Of a stretch of DNA of 64,000 nucleotides, positions 57,425 to 64,000 are shown one piece after another. The notes under the pieces are model-generated. The model ran no database searches, was not told the origin of the DNA, and worked only from the letters and a program-made list of their open reading frames with translations. The position numbers were made by a program, and so were the translations under genes. The stretch comes from the human T2T-CHM13v2.0 reference genome, Homo sapiens. Within the stretch, counting starts at the first letter, position 1. Each line of letters begins with the position of its first letter. Where the stretch lies: contig CP068257.2 of the NCBI GenBank assembly GCA_009914755.4, forward strand, positions 7,552,001 to 7,616,000, written 5' to 3'.

Positions 57425-57700
57425 GAGACCGGGTCTCACTCTGTCACTCTGGCTGCAATGCAGGGGTGCACTCATAGCTAACTGCAGCCGTGACCTCCTG
57501 GGCTCCGGGGATCCTCCTGCCTCACCCTCACCATAGCTACGGCTACAGATGAACACCAAAACACCCAGCTAATTTTTTTTTTTTTTTTTTTTTTTGTAGA
57601 AAGAGGAGCCTTGCTATGTTGCCCAAGCTGGCCTCAAACTCCCGCCCTCAAGAGATCTACCCACCTCAACAACCTAAGTAACAGGTTCTACAGGAAAATA
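57425..57700 (-). mobile_element. Alu (older), antisense, with long internal T-run
   Basis: gagaccgggtctcactctgtcactctggctgcaatgcaggggtgcactcatagctaactgcagccgtgacctcctgggctccggggatcctcctgcctcaccc…T25…gaggagccttgctatgttgcccaagctggcctcaaactcc. Confidence 0.8.
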
Positions 57701-57739
57701 CCACTATGCCGGGATAATTATATTTTATTAATTTTTATT

Positions 57740-57860
57740 TGCATAGACAGGAAGTCTTGCTGTGTTGCCCAGGGTGGTCTCAAACTCCTGGACTCAAACC
57801 ATTCTCCCATCTCTGCCTCCCAAAGTGCTGAAGCTACGGGCATAAGCCACTACACCTGGC
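57740..57860 (-). mobile_element. Alu left-arm fragment, antisense
   Basis: gacaggaagtcttgctgtgttgcccagggtggtctcaaactcctggactcaaaccattctcccatctctgcctcccaaagtgctgaagctacgggcataagccactacacctggcc. Confidence 0.8.
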
Positions 57861-58489
57861 CCGACTTAAGATCTCTGTAATCTAGCATCCCATACTTCAT
57901 ATAATTGGGAAAAGCAGTAGTGGTTTTTTTTTAATTACTTAACATTTCAACAAGAATCAACCATCTCTCACCATTGCCAGGGCCCTGGTCAGAACCACTA
58001 TCATCTCCCACCTGGAGGTTGCCACAGCATGGCCTCCCTGCTTCTACCCAAATCTTCCCACAATCTTTGTCAACTCAGCTGCCATGGGATGCTTTTAAAT
58101 CAGTAGACAGTTCGTGTCAACTCTCTGCTCAGAACCCTTCCGCATCTCCCATCTCAGACAGAATAAAAACCAAAGCCCCAGCAATAGCCTCCCAGGGCTT
58201 ACACAATCTGTACTGATCTGAGTCCAACAACTCCCTGGCCTCCTTCCCTACTTCTCTCCCTCTCTCTACTCCACAGACCTCTTTCCTGAGCTTCAGACAC
58301 ACCACGGAGTTCCCTCTTAGCATCTTTATTCTGTTGTTTCTGCCTAAAATGCTCTTCCCTCAGTACCTTGGCCAGCTCCTTCCCCTCCTTCAAGTCTTTG
58401 CTCAATTTTCACTTAGGAGGCCAACCCTGACCACTCTATTTAATATTGCTATCTGTCCCTATTCCTGCCATGCTCACTCATTTCTTTTT

Positions 58490-58785
58490 TCTTTTTTTTT
58501 CTAAGATATAATCTCGCTGTGTCACTCAGACTGGGGTGCCATGGCACGATCACAACGCACTGAGACCTGGAGCTCCTAGGTCAAGAAATTGTCCTGCCTC
58601 AGGGCCTCTAGTAGCTAAGACTACAAGTGCATGCCACCACACCCGCTAATTTTTTTTTTTTTTCCATGTAGACAGGGTATCATTTTGTTGCCCAGACTTA
58701 TCGTGAACTCCTGGGCCAAAGCAACCATCCTGCCTCAGCCTCCTAAATAGCTGGAATTATAGGTGTGGGCCACCAATTCTGGCTT
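58490..58785 (-). mobile_element. Alu (older), antisense
   Basis: ttttttttttctaagatataatctcgctgtgtcactcagactggggtgccatggcacgatcacaacgcactgagacctggagctcctaggtcaag…ctcctaaatagctggaattataggtgtgggccacc. Confidence 0.85.
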
Positions 58786-59149
58786 CATGTTCATTTCTTC
58801 TTGCCGCTGTTACAAACTACCCTACATTGAGTGGCTTAATACACCACAAATCTACTCACTAAGAGGTCTGGGGGCCAGAAGTCCAAAATAGGTCTATTAA
58901 GGCTAAAGTCAAGGTGCCAGCAGGACTGCATCCCTTCTGGAGGTTCTGGAGAGAATATGTTCCCTTGCCTTTCCCAGTTGCTAAAGCCACTCCTATTCTT
59001 TGGCTCATGGCCCCTAACTGCATCTTCAAAGCCTGAAGCAAAGCATATTCAAATCTCCCTCTGTGACCTGTGCTTCCATCATCAAATCTCCTTCAATTCG
59101 GACTCTCTTACCTCCCTCTTTCACTTATAAAGACCTCTTGTGATTGCTG

Positions 59150-59600
<451 letters not shown>

Positions 59601-60107
59601 CACATTTGGTTTCTGCCCCTCATCCTGGCAAAGAGCTTCTCAAGCTCTTATAAAGGCCTTGGTGATGAAAGTGATGGGGCATCTTCTGTTTCAATATTTG
59701 GTCTTAGTCCCAGGTTTCTAACACAAGAGCCTCTAAGACCTTTGGGATCACCATAGTAAGAATGCATTTGGTGATGTTACTGAGATGACTGGGTGACTGA
59801 AAGCTTGTAGACAGCTTCAGAAAAAGGGGTGGTTGTTGTCAGAAGAACAAACCATGTGATTAGAGGCTTGGAACTGTCAGTCTCACCCCCTGGGCTCCAG
59901 GAAGAAATAGTGGCCGAAGACTGACTTAATCACCAATGGTCAATGACTTCACCAATCATGCCTGCATAATGAAGCGTTCATAAGCGCCCTCAACAGCTGG
60001 AGTTGGAGAATGTCTGGGTTGCTGAACACAAGGGAGATACCAGGAATGTAATATGCACAATAGAGGACATGGAAGTTCTGTACCCCTCTCGACATACCTT
60101 GCCCTGT

Positions 60108-60443
60108 GTGTTTTTTGTTTTTTTTTTGAGACAGAGTCTGGCTCTGTCTCCCAGCCTAGAGTGTCATGGCACAATCATGGCTCACTGCGAACTATGCCTC
60201 CCTATCTCAAGCCCCATCCTCTCATCCTCTCACCTCAGCCTCCTGAGTAGCTAGAATTATAGGCACTGAGTAGCTAGAACTATAGATAACTGTGCCTGGC
60301 TAATTTTTAGAAAAATCTTTTTGTAGAGATGCATTTTCACCTTGTTACCCAGGCTGGTCTTAATCTCCTGAGCACTTAAGTGATGCTCCCGCCTCAGTCT
60401 CCCAAAGTGCTGAAATTACAGGCATGAGCCACTGTGCCCAGCA
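60108..60443 (-). mobile_element. Alu, antisense, with an internal ~25-bp tandem duplication
   Basis: gagacagagtctggctctgtctcccagcctagagtgtcatggcacaatcatggctcactgcgaac…cctcctgagtagctagaattataggcactgagtagctagaactatagataactgtgcctggctaatttttag…gtctcccaaagtgctgaaattacaggcatgagccactgtgcccagc. Confidence 0.85.
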
Positions 60444-60478
60444 TGTACATCTCTTTCACTGGCTGTTTCTGAGATTTA

Positions 60479-60815
<337 letters not shown>

Positions 60816-61077
60816 CTGTTTTTCTGAGTTCTGCAAGCTGTCCGAGCAAATGATTCCACCCACCAATGGGGGTCATGAAACCCTGTTTTCTAACTGGTTG
60901 GTCAAAACTACATGTAACAACCCAAGACTTGCAATTGGTATGTGGAGTGAGGGTAGACTCCTGGGACTGAGCTCCCATCCTGCAGGGTCTGCACTAACTC
61001 CAGGGAGTGTCAGGATGGAATTGTGGGATACCCAGTTGGGATCCAGATTGTCTGAAAATCAGTGTAGAAACTCCACA

Positions 61078-61964
<887 letters not shown>

Positions 61965-62099
61965 TTACAACCCAGTGATGGGCTACCACAACTCAACACA
62001 GCAAAGAGTTGCCAAGCTCCCTTTCTCCCCTGCACAACCAGACACAGAAGAGTTGGTGTAGTGGAATGAGGCTGGATGGAGAGAAGTTCTTCTTCTTTC

Positions 62100-62395
62100 T
62101 TTCCTTTTTTTTTTGAGATGGACTCTCACTCTGTCACACAGGCTGGGGTGCAGTGGTGCAATCTCGGTCACTGTAACCTCTGCCTTATGGGTTTAATCAA
62201 TTCTCTGCCTCAGCCTTCCGAATACCTGGGATTAGAGGCACCCCCCACCACACCCAGCTAATTTTTTTTTTTTTAGTGGAGACTGGGTTTCACTATGTTG
62301 GCCAGGCTGGTCTTGAACTCCTGACATTAGGTGATCTACTCACCTCGGTCTCCAAAAGTGCTAGGATTACAGGCATGAGCCGCTGTGCCCAGCCA
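62100..62395 (-). mobile_element. Alu, antisense
   Basis: ttttttttttgagatggactctcactctgtcacacaggctggggtgcagtggtgcaatctcggtcactgtaacctctgcc…ctccaaaagtgctaggattacaggcatgagccgctgtgcccagcc. Confidence 0.9.
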
Positions 62396-62902
62396 AGAAG
62401 TTCCTCTTCTTACTTAGAAAACAGATCACAGGGCATCAAGTAACACGTAAAATCCTCTATAATAAGCAGTATTATTTTTGGAAAACATTTCCTAATATTT
62501 TGGTATCAGTGAAAAGCCTCAGATTAATTTCAAACACTATAAAAATACAATACATAAACAGAAAATATTAACTGTCAGCAATGCTATAGAGAAATTGGAA
62601 GCTGTATGCATTGCTTTTTGGAATGTAAAATGGTACAGCCCACTGTGGAAAATGGTTTAGCAGCTCCTTAAAAATATGAAGCATAGAATTATATGATCCA
62701 TCAACACCCTTTAAGCGTATATACCCAAAAGAACTGAGAGCAGGGACTCAAACAGGTATTTGTACACCCGATTAACAGCAGCATTATTCACAGTGGCCAG
62801 AAGGTAGCCCAAACCTAATGCCCATCAGTAGGTGAATAGATAAAGAAAATGTAATATATACATACACAGAGTATTATTCAGCCATAAAAAGAAAAATATC
62901 TG

Positions 62903-63003
62903 GCCAGATTCAGGGGCTTACACCTGTAATCCCAGTATTTTGGGAGGCCAAGGTGGGCAGGTCTCTTGAGCCCCATATTTTGAGACCAGACTGGACAACA
63001 TGG
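62903..63003 (+). mobile_element. Alu left-arm fragment abutting duplicated segment copy 2
   Basis: ggccagattcaggggcttacacctgtaatcccagtattttgggaggccaaggtgggcaggtctcttgagccccatattttgagaccagactggacaacatggc. Confidence 0.8.
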
Positions 63004-63540
63004 CACATTTGGTTAGAAGTGTTTGAACATAACTACTATTCCAGAAAAAGATCTACTCATTAGAACTACAAATCATAAAATTATAAGTTCTACAAAAAAA
63101 AAATCAACCTTATCTACCACCCAGTTCTACCAAATTATATCATGTTAGAACAGAAGGTCTCACCGTGGACTCGAGAGCTGATATGAGAAATGTCACCACC
63201 ATCCTGCTCTCCACGGAATCATCTTCAACAGACTCCTCATCTTCCATGGACTCCTCATCTTCCATGGGCAGGGTGGAAACTGCAAATTGTGCCATGATCC
63301 CTGTGCAAAAAAGTATTAAGAAATTGAATGCTAGAAATGCAGTGTCCTAAACTCACATCCAGAGCTGTGAGAGTTTCTCACCGGCTGCCAAATTGTTTTT
63401 TGGGTCAGAGAAAAAAATAAAACTTGGTAACCTGGTACTCGACTTGCACCAAACTCTCATCAGATAGAGAATCTATCTGCTAACTTTCTATCTAGTATTA
63501 TTTCCATGAAGTTACATCAATATCACTCTCAAAATAAATC
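63004..63540. repeat. Copy 2 of the ~530-bp tandemly duplicated segment
   Basis: Collinear with 61078-61600, including the GTF2I-like exon and the flanking …gtgtcctaaactcacatccagagctgtgagagttt… block. Confidence 0.85.
63164..63295 (-). CDS. GTF2I/GTF2IRD2-like first coding exon (copy 2): MAQFAVSTLPMEDEESMEDEESVEDDSVESRMVVTFLISALEST followed by a GTGAGA donor
   Basis: Minus strand: ATGGCACAATTTGCAGTTTCCACCCTGCCCATGGAAGATGAGGAGTCCATGGAAGATGAGGAGTCTGTTGAAGATGATTCCGTGGAGAGCAGGATGGTGGTGACATTTCTCATATCAGCTCTCGAGTCCACG|gtgagacc; 44 codons, no stop. Confidence 0.45.
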
Positions 63541-64000
63541 CAGGTGGAAGACTAAATCCAAAGCTAGCAGAAGGAAAGAAATAATAAAGAGCATAATTAG
63601 AGCATAAATCAATAAAACAGAAGGTTGGAGAGCAGTAGAATGAAAAAATGTAGATTCTTTGAAAGATCAAGCCTTTCACTATATTGACTGAGCAAAAGAT
63701 GGAAGACTAATTATTAAAATGATAAATGAAAGCAGAGCCATTACTACCAACTTTACAGAAATACAAAAGGATTACAGGAGTATACTGTGAACAACTGTCT
63801 AGCAACAAATTAGGTGCCCTGGATGAAATGGATGAATCGCTAGAAAGACACAAACTACCAAAGTGGCTCAAGAAGAAAGAGAAAATCTGAATAGACCTAT
63901 AACCTAGGAGATTGAATTAGTAATCGAAAGCGATTAACAAAGAAACATTTATGACCAAATAGCTGCATTAACTGGTGAGTCAACCTAACATTTAAAGAAG

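Overview
This window is primate (human-type) nuclear DNA, not a prokaryotic locus. It is very dense in Alu elements (about 40 copies or fragments), with several 3'-truncated L1 insertions and a MaLR-type LTR. There is no operon-like gene system. Almost every ORF in the six-frame track is repeat-derived (Alu, L1, tandem repeat) or antisense to something else.

Three groups of features are worth attention:

- **ANKRD26/ANKRD30-like pseudogene (3.7–19.4 kb, minus strand).** A chain of exon-like segments has canonical splice sites. It includes a 917-bp coiled-coil exon carrying in-frame stops and a frameshift, so this is an unprocessed, genomic-type pseudogene copy.
- **Tandem array with an embedded NUMT (37.0–45.8 kb).** An ~8.8-kb array of a ~72-bp unit (two related ~36-bp halves, palindromic core) switches orientation three times, each time at a palindrome. 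It carries a young Alu and a 2.9-kb composite NUMT. The NUMT joins three non-contiguous mtDNA segments: 12S rRNA; COX1 with tRNA-Tyr, tRNA-Cys, OL, tRNA-Asn and tRNA-Ala (inverted); and COX3, tRNA-Gly and ND3. It is roughly 20–25% diverged from modern human mtDNA, which implies an old insertion. The array is bounded by a truncated MaLR LTR on one side and an L1 ORF2 fragment on the other.
- **Duplicated GTF2I-like exon (61.2 and 63.2 kb, minus strand).** Two tandem ~530-bp segments each hold an intact ORF that closely matches the first coding exon of GTF2I/GTF2IRD2 (MAQVA.S.LP.EDEES...SRMVVTFL.SAL.S). Each ends in a GT donor.

ANKRD30-like and GTF2I-like pseudogene pieces, a NUMT and satellite-like DNA together are typical of pericentromeric or segmental-duplication regions. 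Coordinates are approximate, about ±10 bp for repeats.
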